Source: Candidatus Omnitrophota bacterium
Lineage (GTDB): Bacteria > Omnitrophota > Gorgyraeia > Gorgyraeales > Gorgyraeaceae
Assembly (NCBI GenBank): GCA_018901615.1
Contig: JAHIEN010000108.1
Location: 1 to 62,915, forward strand
DNA length: 62,915 nucleotides
Direction: 5' to 3'
Within the stretch, counting starts at the first letter, position 1; the number at the start of each line of letters is the position of its first letter. Both the position numbers and the translations under genes were made by a program. The notes beneath the pieces were generated by a model that saw only the letters and a list, made by a program, of their open reading frames with translations, was not told the origin of the DNA and made no database searches. Below are positions 10,053 through 19,757 of the stretch, one piece after another.

Positions 10053-10925
10053 ATGATATCAATAATCATCGCAAATTACAACAAGAAAGATTTATTAAAA
10101 AGATGCATGGATTCCGTAAGGGGCCAGGGCTTTAAGGATATAGAAATTATTGTAGTGGATAATGCATCGACAGATGGCAGCGTCGAGATGGTTGCTGGCT
10201 ATTATCCTGAGGCTAAATTGATAAGGAATACACGGAATCTACTTTTTTGCAGGGCGCATAATCAAGGCATAGACGCGTCAAAGGGAAATTTTATACTGTG
10301 TCTGAACAACGATGTTATGTTAGATAAAGATTATTTAAAGGAGGCGTTGTCAGCGATCGGGCAGGACGCCAGGATTGGCATGGTCAGCGGAAAAATTTTA
10401 AGGATGGATAAAACAACGATAGATTCGACAGGTTTGTTCGTGGGCAGAAATAGAAAGGCGATAGAGAGGGGGTACAGAAAAATTGACAGGGGCCAGTATG
10501 ATAGGCCAGGTTATGTGTTTGGCGTCAGTGGTTCGTGCGCGTTTTTCAGAAAAAGGACGCTTGTGGATGTAAAAGATGAATATGGCTATTTTGACGAGAG
10601 GTTTGGTTTTTATTATGAAGATCTGGACCTGTGCTGGAGGGCACAGAGAAAAGGCTGGAAGGCGTATTATACCCCTAAGGCAGTAGCCTGTCATGTCAGG
10701 GCCGCAACCGCTCTCATATATAAAGTCGGAACCAGAAAAAGGTGGAACTTACCCTACCTGCAGCCTGGTCTAGAGGCAAGGTACATTAAAAATAGATATA
10801 GATGCGTTAGAAAAAATGATTCCGCTGTAAAATTTTTGATAAATTTACCATTTATAATTTTATATGAATTAAAACTCTGGACATATCTAGGGTTAAAGCA
10901 TGTATTTATGAGCGGGGGTGAATGA
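10053..10925 (+). CDS. Glycosyltransferase, GT2 family
   Basis: ISIIIANYN...IIVVDNASTDGS, LNNDV and YYEDLDLCWRA. Paralogous in layout to 7946-8848. Confidence 0.75.
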   Translation: MISIIIANYNKKDLLKRCMDSVRGQGFKDIEIIVVDNASTDGSVEMVAGYYPEAKLIRNTRNLLFCRAHNQGIDASKGNFILCLNNDVMLDKDYLKEALSAIGQDARIGMVSGKILRMDKTTIDSTGLFVGRNRKAIERGYRKIDRGQYDRPGYVFGVSGSCAFFRKRTLVDVKDEYGYFDERFGFYYEDLDLCWRAQRKGWKAYYTPKAVACHVRAATALIYKVGTRKRWNLPYLQPGLEARYIKNRYRCVRKNDSAVKFLINLPFIILYELKLWTYLGLKHVFMSGGE

Positions 10926-12106
10926 TTATGAAGGTAGCCTTGGTTGTTCACACAGCTTATCCAGATTTTATCGGAGGACGAGAACATCATGTGCATTACT
11001 TGGCCTCAAGGCTTTCTCAAACCGATGAAGTAGTGGTAATTGCCGGAGGAAAGACAGGTAAGATACAAGAGAGAAAGATCTCAGGGTATAGGTTGATTAC
11101 TCTTCCGATGATATCAATCAAAGTTTCAAGAAACCCTCTTCAGATCTATCGCATTATCTGGAAGCTTTTTCCGATTTTAAAAATAGAAAAACCTGATCTG
11201 ATTCATGCCTTTGAATACGGATCATACAGTACTGACGTCACATACCTATATTCGAAAAAATATAACATTCCATTTATGATAACCGTATATGGATATCAAT
11301 TCAAAAATCCGATATTAAAATTTCTTAAAATAGTTTATAATTATTTTATTGGAAGAAAGTTATATGAAGAGGCTAGTGGAGTATTCTATTCTTCAGAGGC
11401 CCAATATAGGGAAATATTAGGAGTTATTAGGAAAGATATAAGAAGCAAGATTGTGTTCCAGGAAAACTGCATACCAGTTAATAACTTTAAATACGCAGTT
11501 CCCAAGCAGGACTTATTAAAAAGTTATAATTTACATGACAACGAGATAAAATTGTTAACCGTTCTTCGCATATTGCCCAGAAAAGGGTTAAGGTATTTAG
11601 TCCTTGCTTTAGAAAAAATTATAAAAGAAAATCATCTCGGAAAGATAAAGCTCTTGATCGTTGGACCCGATTGCGGAGAATTGAAAAATATCAAAACTAT
11701 GGTTAAAAAGGCGAAGTTAAAAAACAATATAATAATTGTAGGTCCGGTAGCCCCTCATAGGATAAAAGATTTTTTGGGTATCGCAGATATTTTTGTGCTA
11801 CCTTCTTTGTATGAAGCGTTGCCACTGGCGCTTCTTGAGGCCATGGCAGCAGGTAAGGCTGTGATTTTTACAAGTTTACCTTGTGCAAAAAAAGTGATTA
11901 TAGATGAAAAAGACGGCCTCTTGGTTAAACCTGCTGATGTCGATTCTTTGAAACGGGCGATATATAGATTATGTTGCGATAAAGAGCTTCGGCAACGCCT
12001 TGGTTATAACGCAAGAAAGAAGGCAATAAATTTTGATTATCAAATCGAGGCTACTAAATTAAGGCAGGTGTACACCAAGATTCTTTTGGACAAGGTCGAG
12101 GAGTAA
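10922..12106 (+). CDS. Glycosyltransferase, GT4 family
   Basis: 394 aa. Start overlaps the upstream stop. C-terminal LLEAMAAGKAVIFTSLPCAKKVIIDEKDG. Confidence 0.7.
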   Translation: MIMKVALVVHTAYPDFIGGREHHVHYLASRLSQTDEVVVIAGGKTGKIQERKISGYRLITLPMISIKVSRNPLQIYRIIWKLFPILKIEKPDLIHAFEYGSYSTDVTYLYSKKYNIPFMITVYGYQFKNPILKFLKIVYNYFIGRKLYEEASGVFYSSEAQYREILGVIRKDIRSKIVFQENCIPVNNFKYAVPKQDLLKSYNLHDNEIKLLTVLRILPRKGLRYLVLALEKIIKENHLGKIKLLIVGPDCGELKNIKTMVKKAKLKNNIIIVGPVAPHRIKDFLGIADIFVLPSLYEALPLALLEAMAAGKAVIFTSLPCAKKVIIDEKDGLLVKPADVDSLKRAIYRLCCDKELRQRLGYNARKKAINFDYQIEATKLRQVYTKILLDKVEE

Positions 12107-12128
12107 GACATAGAAAGATAAAATCAAT

Positions 12129-13529
12129 ATGAGAGTTATATTTGCAGTAAAGTATAGTGGTGATGAATATATAGGGCTTATGAGGATTTCTAGTATATTG
12201 AGAAACAAGGGGTATCAAGTAGAGGCGGTAGAAGCTGAATACAATAAGGTGAAAGAAAGATTAAAAGATGGCCTTCCCACTGTATTAGCCTATAGCGCCC
12301 CGACCATTTTTGTTAGTCATTATTTAAAATTAAATAAACGCATCAAAGAAAGATTTAATGTTTTTTCTGTGTTCGGCGGCCCACATCCTACTGCAGTTCC
12401 GGAAATGATCAAGGAAGACGGTGTCGATGGCGTATGCATAGGTGAAGGTGAATTCGCCATGCTTGAACTGGTAGATAATTTATGTTCCGGAAGACCCGTA
12501 AATGATATTAAAAATTGGTGGATTAAGGAAAATGGCAAGGTATTTAAAAATCCTTTAAGGCCATTGATCAAAGATTTGGATAGCTTACCTTTTCCCGATA
12601 GAGAATTATTTAAAAATCATGCTTTATTTGACAGGGAAAGGATCTACATATTAACAGGAAGGGGCTGTCCTTATGCATGCTCCTTTTGCTTTAATCCTTA
12701 TTATAATAAGATCTACGAAGGACAGATGACTAGTATCCGCAAGCGGAGCGTTGAAAACGTAATCGAAGAAATCAGGCGATTTAAAAAAGACTTTCCCTTG
12801 AAGTTTGTGAGATTTTATGACGATATTTTTATTTTGCCTTTTGGATGGCTAAAAGAGTTTTCCAGTAAGTACAAAAAATATGTCAATCTCCCATTTTATT
12901 GTAATGTGCGCGCAGACCTTATAGATTCCAGGATTGCTAGATACCTGAAGAATGCGGGTTGTTTCAGTGTTTCTATGGGCCTTGAAACAGCAGATGATAC
13001 TTTGCGCAATGAGATTTTGAATAAAGAAATTACAAAAGAACAAATAATTAGTGCAGTCAAGTTGTTAAAAGAGCAAAAAATTAGAGTGAGGACGAGCAAC
13101 ATCCTCGCCCTATCAAAGCAATCTATTGATAAAGATTTTGATACATTGAGATTGAATATTAAGTGTCGCGTGGATTATGCATCTGTCAGTATGCTTGCCT
13201 TTTATCCCAAAACCGGAGTCCAAAAATCAATAGGTAAATATAAGCATTCTTTACTGTGGGGCCTAGAAAATAATCAAGAGAAAAGTTTAGTAGAGAGGCT
13301 TTATTATCTTTTTCCAATCACTGTAGAATATCCATTTCTTTTTCCATTGGTGAAGATTTTAGTGAGGCTCCCTTTAGGTTGTTTATATAGAGTGTCATAT
13401 TTATTATGGCAGGGATATTGCGCATATTTTAGAACTTACCCTGGAGGCATCAGAGCTTTTATTAAGGGAGTTAAAAAATACACTAAAAAGATTGTTTTTT
13501 TGAGAAAAGAAAGATATAATAACGCATGA
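12129..13529 (+). CDS. B12-binding-domain radical SAM protein (paralog group 1)
   Basis: N-terminal Rossmann-like segment (FGGPHPT...VCIGEGE), then GRGCPYACSFC (CxxxCxxC) and GLETADD. The segment IKNWWIKENGKVFKNPLRP is shared with ORFs 26361 and 34594. Confidence 0.75.
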   Translation: MRVIFAVKYSGDEYIGLMRISSILRNKGYQVEAVEAEYNKVKERLKDGLPTVLAYSAPTIFVSHYLKLNKRIKERFNVFSVFGGPHPTAVPEMIKEDGVDGVCIGEGEFAMLELVDNLCSGRPVNDIKNWWIKENGKVFKNPLRPLIKDLDSLPFPDRELFKNHALFDRERIYILTGRGCPYACSFCFNPYYNKIYEGQMTSIRKRSVENVIEEIRRFKKDFPLKFVRFYDDIFILPFGWLKEFSSKYKKYVNLPFYCNVRADLIDSRIARYLKNAGCFSVSMGLETADDTLRNEILNKEITKEQIISAVKLLKEQKIRVRTSNILALSKQSIDKDFDTLRLNIKCRVDYASVSMLAFYPKTGVQKSIGKYKHSLLWGLENNQEKSLVERLYYLFPITVEYPFLFPLVKILVRLPLGCLYRVSYLLWQGYCAYFRTYPGGIRAFIKGVKKYTKKIVFLRKERYNNA

Positions 13530-14275
13530 CAAAACTACATATAGATGATTTTTTAGGTAGATATAAGTCCAGAGAATTTATAGACTTAGTAGAAAAATGG
13601 GATTGTAATCTTGAGAGAAAAACCGTACTCAAAACAGATCTTCGCGAAGAGGCCTTTGGAGAGGATGAAATCTTATTTTCATTATCGAATAAGAATACGC
13701 GGTTTTTCGCCTTAGATATTTCAAAAGAAACTGTTAAAAAAGCAGATATTAGACAAAAAGAAAAAGGTTTTGTCCATAGATATACTGTGGCTGATGTAAG
13801 AAATCTGCCTTTTAAAAGTGATGTTTTTGATTTTATATTGTCCAGTTCAACGCTCGACCATTTTAACTCGGAAAACGAACTTATAAAAGCTCTATTGGAA
13901 TTAAAAAGGGTGGTCAAGCCAGTGGGGAGTTTAATTATCACGCTTAATAATAGATGTAATGTTAATTTCTATCTATTGCTTAAACTAAAAAAGCTCTTTG
14001 GCTTGACCGCTTACCCTGAGCAATTTTATTGTTCAAGACAGTTAAAAACTATATTTCAAAAAGTTGGTTTATATATTCAAGGCGAAGATTACAGCGCCCA
14101 TATTATTAGCCCTGTAAACAGCACGTTACTGCTGCTTAGAAAATTTATAAGCAAAAAAGTTATAGATAGGATTGCAAGAGGGAGTGTATCTTTTTTTAGA
14201 TGGCTTGGCAAAAGGGAAAAAACTAAAATTTTCACAGGATGGTTTATAGCGTTAAAATGCAATAAAACGTATTAA
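13526..14275 (+). CDS. Class I SAM-dependent methyltransferase-like protein
   Basis: ALDISKETVKKA, DVRNLPFKSDVFDFILSSSTLDHF and LKRVVKPVGSLII resemble Methyltransf_11-type motifs. The usual GxGxG loop is replaced by VLKTDLREEAFGE. Confidence 0.55.
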   Translation: MTKLHIDDFLGRYKSREFIDLVEKWDCNLERKTVLKTDLREEAFGEDEILFSLSNKNTRFFALDISKETVKKADIRQKEKGFVHRYTVADVRNLPFKSDVFDFILSSSTLDHFNSENELIKALLELKRVVKPVGSLIITLNNRCNVNFYLLLKLKKLFGLTAYPEQFYCSRQLKTIFQKVGLYIQGEDYSAHIISPVNSTLLLLRKFISKKVIDRIARGSVSFFRWLGKREKTKIFTGWFIALKCNKTY

Positions 14276-14365
14276 ATTATGGATATAACAACATGGCAGC
14301 GGACAAAAATCATGAAATATATCAGGGTGGATGTTTGAATTTTAAGTAGCATATATCATGTTCTC

Positions 14366-14394
14366 TTGACAAATGTCGACGGCATGCATAATAT
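14366..14394 (+). promoter_or_regulatory. Near-consensus sigma70-type promoter upstream of the porin gene
   Basis: TTGACA (14366-14371), a 17-nt spacer, then TAATAT (14389-14394). It lies in the only sizeable gap (182 nt) of the + strand array. The RBS AAAGGAGAG precedes the ATG at 14458. Confidence 0.5.
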
Positions 14395-14457
14395 ATTTTG
14401 TTATAGCATTTCAATTCTTAAACTAATAGACGAATAGAAAAAAGAAAAGGAGAGAAA

Positions 14458-15534
14458 ATGAAGAAAATCGTTTTATGTTTTTTATTTATTTTTAGCACTT
14501 TGTTTGTAAAGAATGTAATAGCGGAACCAGACAAAAACTACCCCGCGATTAAAGTTTTCGGCTTTACGCATCTACAGGCATTGTATGATGATACCGCTGG
14601 GTCCAACCACGGCGAAGAATTTAGGATTGCAAGGGCAAGGATTGGCGCTATAGGGAATATAACCGACATTGTAGATTATATGGTGTTGACCGAATGGGGT
14701 CGATTTACCTACAATGACCCTGTTACACTTTTAGACGCCTGGGTCAATTGGAAGCTCAACCCCGGCCTTAATATTAAGATAGGTCAAACCTGGTATAAAT
14801 TTTCTTTTTCTGGAACAGACAATCTGCCCAAGATCCCCTTTATCTACAGGCCGGAGGTCGTGGATGGGATTTGGTTAACTATGGGTAGAAATGGTTCCTA
14901 TGCCTATGATCAAGGTATTGAACTTTGGGGTGACTTTAAAGAAAGTAGATTTCCCTGGGCGTATATGTTTTTTATTACTAATGGCTCAGGGCTTGATAAT
15001 TTTGAGGACAATGGTAAAAAGGATTTTACAGGAAGGGCATGGATCGAGCCTAAAAAGGATTTAAGATTAGGCCTTTCTGGTTTTTATGGCCATTCCAGAA
15101 CAGAGGTTACCTCTAATTTGGGCAATGAGGAAAAAAGAGATTTACCCGAATATGCCTATGGATTAGAACTAGTATACACTAAGGAGCGCTTTCGTTTCAT
15201 TTATGAATATTTAGAAGGCCTTTATGAGGGGTATGTGGATATAAATGGAGCAGAGGTCTTTCATATCGCCACCAAGAGACCTAGAGGGTGGTATACGACA
15301 TTCAGCTTTAAACCTTTATCGTGGATTGAAATACCCGTTCGTTACGCATGGTATGAAAAGGACGCGGTAAATAGCGATACTGGTTTAGAGACAGTGACCG
15401 CTGGCGTTACCTGGTTTTTAAAAGAAGGGACCTTAAATAATGTTAAATTGAATTATATTATAAAGAGCGAGGAAGAAAATTATGGTTCAAGCCCTAAAAA
15501 TATGGTCGCGCTTCAAATGCAGCTCATATTTTAA
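14458..15534 (+). CDS. Outer-membrane beta-barrel porin (phosphate-selective porin O/P-like)
   Basis: Signal peptide (MKKIVLCFLFIFSTLFVKNVIA). Alternating aromatic and hydrophilic strands. C-terminal ..LQMQLIF ends in Phe, as in OMP barrels. Confidence 0.6.
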   Translation: MKKIVLCFLFIFSTLFVKNVIAEPDKNYPAIKVFGFTHLQALYDDTAGSNHGEEFRIARARIGAIGNITDIVDYMVLTEWGRFTYNDPVTLLDAWVNWKLNPGLNIKIGQTWYKFSFSGTDNLPKIPFIYRPEVVDGIWLTMGRNGSYAYDQGIELWGDFKESRFPWAYMFFITNGSGLDNFEDNGKKDFTGRAWIEPKKDLRLGLSGFYGHSRTEVTSNLGNEEKRDLPEYAYGLELVYTKERFRFIYEYLEGLYEGYVDINGAEVFHIATKRPRGWYTTFSFKPLSWIEIPVRYAWYEKDAVNSDTGLETVTAGVTWFLKEGTLNNVKLNYIIKSEEENYGSSPKNMVALQMQLIF

Positions 15535-15600
15535 ATGGTGATTATGCTAATTTTGGTTACCGTCAATAACGAATTATCTTTAACTTAAAAGGAGGGTGTT

Positions 15601-16833
15601 GTGTTAGAAAGAATTGGAAATTTTTTTATAGTGATTATTTTTATTTTGGCTTTAACAGTAGCGACAGCTCCTCTTCAGGCTGCAAATGAGAAGGGTGATA
15701 TTAACGATGGTTCATGCACTGGTTGGGGGTGGCCCCTGCCTTATGAACAGGTAAGTAAAAAATCTCTGGAATGGCTAGAATCAAAAGGGTGGTCGCCGCT
15801 GACTATCGGGTATTTTGCCGATATCCCAGGCTATTCAGCTTGTTATTCGATAATTAAAGAAAAACAACTTTTAGAGAAACGCGGACTTTCGGTACGTTTT
15901 GTAAGCTTTCTTTCCGGCCCCCCTATCGTAGAGGCATTTTTGGGTGGTCAGACTCAGGTTACGCACTACGGTGATTTCCCTTTTTGGTTAACAGTTGACA
16001 AGGGTGCTTTGGTTAAGGCATATGCATTAACCGGAGTTAATATGGAAGTGGCGATGCTCGTTCATCCGGATTCTTCCATAAAAAAACCAGAAGATCTTAA
16101 ACAAGAAGGAAGGTTAACAGTGGTGGGCGCAACTTTAGGTTCGTATGCAGAGTTTTATCTTACAGCAATGGCTGAGCAAAAGAATTTAGTAAGAGATAAA
16201 GATTTTAGAGTGGCTGGTTTAACTACAAGAGACGCCCAGCTTCTTCCTAAAGGCGTAGATGCGGTTTGTATCTGGGATCCGCATATAACATTTTCTGAAG
16301 AGAAGGGTTTGGGGAAGAAGATTGATACAGGATACGCTTATTTTTTTAATACAGGATTTGATTTTGTTCGCAGAGAGATTCATGAAAACGCCCCTGATGT
16401 GGTACAGGCTCTTGCTGATGCGGCGGTTGAAGCTCTTTTATACGCCGGCTATGATATTGATGGCACAGTGGATTTTTTTCGCAAAGATCCCAGGGTCTCA
16501 GCCTATTCCAAGGAGCTCATAAGAGATCAGATCGCTAAATACGTGACTTTTTATCCTCCCACGTTCCGTTATATTCACAAGAATTTTTGGGCAACCGAAG
16601 ATTCCCGTATTATTAAAGCGTTAAATGCGCAGGGTAGGGTAAAAAAACCATGGAGCATCGAGGAGATGGAGGAGGTTATGGCTCCGGAATACATGGCAAA
16701 CACCTTTCAAAGGTTAGGTTGGGAGATTCCCAAGGAGCCTGTTTTTTTGCCACTAGAATGGAATGGAAAAGTGTCAGAGCCGCCGTATCCCGGGTATATA
16801 GTATCCGAGAGCAGGCCTCGGAACAAAGAGTAG
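15601..16833 (+). CDS. ABC transporter periplasmic substrate-binding protein, NMT1/SsuA-like (NitT/TauT family)
   Basis: GTG start 5 nt after GGAGGG. Signal peptide ending APLQA. Size and layout fit a type-II binding protein. The cognate permease and ATPase genes lie at 22724-25052. Confidence 0.55.
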   Translation: MLERIGNFFIVIIFILALTVATAPLQAANEKGDINDGSCTGWGWPLPYEQVSKKSLEWLESKGWSPLTIGYFADIPGYSACYSIIKEKQLLEKRGLSVRFVSFLSGPPIVEAFLGGQTQVTHYGDFPFWLTVDKGALVKAYALTGVNMEVAMLVHPDSSIKKPEDLKQEGRLTVVGATLGSYAEFYLTAMAEQKNLVRDKDFRVAGLTTRDAQLLPKGVDAVCIWDPHITFSEEKGLGKKIDTGYAYFFNTGFDFVRREIHENAPDVVQALADAAVEALLYAGYDIDGTVDFFRKDPRVSAYSKELIRDQIAKYVTFYPPTFRYIHKNFWATEDSRIIKALNAQGRVKKPWSIEEMEEVMAPEYMANTFQRLGWEIPKEPVFLPLEWNGKVSEPPYPGYIVSESRPRNKE

Positions 16834-16861
16834 CTGGTATCCTGATAAGATATAAAACGTT

Positions 16862-18280
16862 ATGAGCGATATTACCCTAATAAACATAACTTCTAAAAAT
16901 ACTTACGATGGTAAAATAGTCAATAGGTTAAGTACCATCGGTATCTATAGTCTGATTGCCTGCCTGGAAGATTCAGGGATTAGCGTTGATTTCCGTGAAT
17001 ATTTTCTTGATTTTGAAAAATCGTCTTCCGAAGAGATGGTTACCGCTGTAAAATTTTTTAAAAATTCCGAGAAGATCATAGGAATTGGCTGCCATTCGAT
17101 CCATCTGCCATTCGTAGCGCGCGTCGCGCAGGAGATAAAAAAAGCATTTCCCGATAAGTTTATTATTTTAGGCGGAGTAGGCCCTTCAATTGTAGCTAGA
17201 CCTTTAATGGAGCTAATAAAAGATATAGATCTAATAGTGATAGGTGAGGCCGAGGTCAACCTTCCGCAGTTAGTCAAGGCCTTGATATATGGTGGTAAAA
17301 AATTATCCGATATTAAAGGAATTATATTTCGTGAAGACGATAAGATTATAGCTGCGCCGCCCATAGAGCGAGTTAATGATTTAGATGATTTGCCCATGCC
17401 CGCGTATAAGTATTTAGATGTTGGATTGTACAAACAGCCGATGGTTATGTCCGCGCGGGGTTGTCCTTTTGGTTGTCCTTTTTGTAGTTTGGGGGCTTAT
17501 TGGAACAGAAAAGTAAGCTATCGTTCCCCGGAAAGGATACAGAAAGAGCTTCAGACCTTGAGCGGGATGGGGGTTAAACGCGTCTTTTTTGCTGACCCCT
17601 GTTTTATGTTAAATAAAGAAAGGTTAATAGGATTTGCAGATGTTGTAAAAAAGGATGCCTTAATGGAAGAGCTTAAGACATACGGTCGCTTGGACTTAGT
17701 AGACAGAGAAACATGCCAGATTCTAGCCGATGCTAATTTTAAAGCTATTTTTTATGGGTTAGAATCAGGGAGCGATTCAGTTTTAAGACAAATTAAAAGA
17801 GGGATCAGAGTGCAAGACGGGTTAGAAACGATAAGGATGACTAAAAAATATTTTACACGGATAGAAGTAAGTTTAATGTGGGGTTTTCCTTTTGAGACAT
17901 TGGGCGATTTAAAGAAAACTATAGATATACACAATTATCTTAAAGATGAGCTGGGTTGTGTTGTGCAGCTTACCTGGTTTCAGCCATTTGCCAACACAAG
18001 GTATTTTCAGGAATACAAAAATATCTTAATGAAGCCCGAGTCGCTTTCAGGAATTTATGATAGACGTATAGGTAGAGAACAGATCCATTCGACACTTGAT
18101 CGTGCTAAAGAATATGATTATACAATAAGCCTAAGAAGCATGATCGGACATTCTCACGTTTATTCTTTGGCAAAAGAGCTGATAGATAGTAACCCGTGTA
18201 TATTTCCCGATTTTTATCGATATAAAACACCAGATTTAGACAAAAAACTAGATATAGTAAACAAAATAGTCCCTAATTAA
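16862..18280 (+). CDS. B12-binding-domain radical SAM protein (paralog group 2, copy A)
   Basis: Starts MSDITLIN, as do 18307 and 21215. IGIGCHSIHLPF...ILGGVGPS (B12-like domain), ARGCPFGCPFC, GLESGSD. Confidence 0.75.
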   Translation: MSDITLINITSKNTYDGKIVNRLSTIGIYSLIACLEDSGISVDFREYFLDFEKSSSEEMVTAVKFFKNSEKIIGIGCHSIHLPFVARVAQEIKKAFPDKFIILGGVGPSIVARPLMELIKDIDLIVIGEAEVNLPQLVKALIYGGKKLSDIKGIIFREDDKIIAAPPIERVNDLDDLPMPAYKYLDVGLYKQPMVMSARGCPFGCPFCSLGAYWNRKVSYRSPERIQKELQTLSGMGVKRVFFADPCFMLNKERLIGFADVVKKDALMEELKTYGRLDLVDRETCQILADANFKAIFYGLESGSDSVLRQIKRGIRVQDGLETIRMTKKYFTRIEVSLMWGFPFETLGDLKKTIDIHNYLKDELGCVVQLTWFQPFANTRYFQEYKNILMKPESLSGIYDRRIGREQIHSTLDRAKEYDYTISLRSMIGHSHVYSLAKELIDSNPCIFPDFYRYKTPDLDKKLDIVNKIVPN

Positions 18281-18306
18281 ACTAATAATAGTGGCTTTCT
18301 TATGTT

Positions 18307-19749
18307 ATGAGTGATATTACTTTAATAAATTTAACTATAGCAAAACATTTTAGCGGCAAGGTAGTCTATAAGCATAATTCGGTTGGAGTATTTCGATTGA
18401 TCGCTGTCCTTGAAAAGGCAGGATTTAAAGTCAATTTTTCCGAATATTGTTTGGATCATAGAAATTCTTTTTCGGAAGAGATAAAATGTTTTATATCCAT
18501 TATAGATCCTGCTTCTCCGCTTATAGGCATAGGGTGCCATTCGGTACATCTTCCTTTTGCAGTAATGGCCGCAAAAGAGTTAAAAAAAAGATTTCCTGAT
18601 AAAAAAATTATTATGGGGGGCATTGGCCCCTCTATGGTAGCTAAAAAATTATTAGAGAGATTTGATTTTATAAACGCTGTAGTGATTGGTGAAGCCGAAG
18701 AAACCATTGTGGAGGTTGTAAAAAATAGCATCAAAAGTTTTAAAGGCATAAAGGGCGTGCTTTATAGAGACAATGGCACTGTGGGTGTTAATGCGCCCAG
18801 GCTTCCCATAGAAGACTTGGACGCAATCCCATTGCCTGCTTACCATGCGGTAAACTTTAAAGAACAATATCAAATTCCCATTGTTTTTACATCTCGAGGG
18901 TGCCCTTTTGGGTGTTCCTTTTGTGGATTAAGCGCTTTCTGGGGAAGAAAGGTCAGATATCGTTCGTTTGATAATATAATAGAGGAACTCAGGCTTTTAA
19001 CGCATAACTATGGTATGAAATATTATTTTTTTGGCGATCCTACATTTACGCTAAATAAAGACAGGGCTCTCGAATTCTGCCAGAGGCTTCAAAAGGAAAA
19101 TTTAGGGATTAGATTTGATTGTATGGCCAGGATAGATTGCATTGATGAAGAGTTGATGGAGGAAATGGCAAAAAGCGGATGCGAGGCGCCATTTTATGGT
19201 TTAGAGTCAGGAAGCGACGATGTCCTTAAGAGGGTTAAACAGGGCGTTACCGTGAAACAGGCTTTAGAAGTCATTAAAAAATCTATCAGGCATTTTAAGA
19301 CAGTTGAAGTGGGCCTGATGTGGGGATTTCCCTTTGAGACATTAGATGATTTTAAACAAACAATTAATGCGAGAGAATATCTGGAAGATGAACTTGGCTG
19401 TGGCGTGCAGTTACGATGGCTTGAGCCATATCCCTGCACAGCGCTTTACAACGAATTTAAAAATGAGTTATTTTTACCTTATGACCAGAGCGCTATATTT
19501 AGATTTGATATGGTACACGAAGCTGTCGCCAAAGGAAAAAAATTCTATGAACCCGAAAAATATACTTCACAGGTCAATATCCCCCCCGACGTAACCAGTG
19601 TTCGATTTATGATTGCCGCTTCTCATATCGCATCGTTATGTCGAGAAACAATAGAACAGAATCAAGATATTTTCTGTGATTACTATCGCTATAAAACTCC
19701 GGCCTTAAAGGAAAAATTGGAATCCGCACAGCGATACAGCATATATTAA
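18307..19749 (+). CDS. B12-binding-domain radical SAM protein (paralog group 2, copy B)
   Basis: MSDITLIN start. SRGCPFGCSFC, GLESGSD. C-terminal DVTSVRFMIAASH...FCDYYRYKTP is shared with copy C. Confidence 0.75.
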   Translation: MSDITLINLTIAKHFSGKVVYKHNSVGVFRLIAVLEKAGFKVNFSEYCLDHRNSFSEEIKCFISIIDPASPLIGIGCHSVHLPFAVMAAKELKKRFPDKKIIMGGIGPSMVAKKLLERFDFINAVVIGEAEETIVEVVKNSIKSFKGIKGVLYRDNGTVGVNAPRLPIEDLDAIPLPAYHAVNFKEQYQIPIVFTSRGCPFGCSFCGLSAFWGRKVRYRSFDNIIEELRLLTHNYGMKYYFFGDPTFTLNKDRALEFCQRLQKENLGIRFDCMARIDCIDEELMEEMAKSGCEAPFYGLESGSDDVLKRVKQGVTVKQALEVIKKSIRHFKTVEVGLMWGFPFETLDDFKQTINAREYLEDELGCGVQLRWLEPYPCTALYNEFKNELFLPYDQSAIFRFDMVHEAVAKGKKFYEPEKYTSQVNIPPDVTSVRFMIAASHIASLCRETIEQNQDIFCDYYRYKTPALKEKLESAQRYSIY

Positions 19750-19757
19750 GGAAAATT

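Noticed and set aside
14276-14457. Possible cobalamin riboswitch upstream of the porin/importer operon, given the many B12-type enzymes downstream.
   Set aside because: No B12-box-like sequence was seen, and the predicted leader between the -10 element and the start codon is only about 60 nt, far too short for a cobalamin aptamer.
16650-16865. 71-aa ORF overlapping the 3' end of the binding-protein gene in another frame. Similar internal same-strand ORFs lie at 2630-2842, 16322-16522, 19346-19594, 33320-33544, 33854-34051, 43380-43598 and 54573-54761.
   Set aside because: All are nested in longer ORFs with recognisable domains. They have no independent motifs or ribosome-binding sites.
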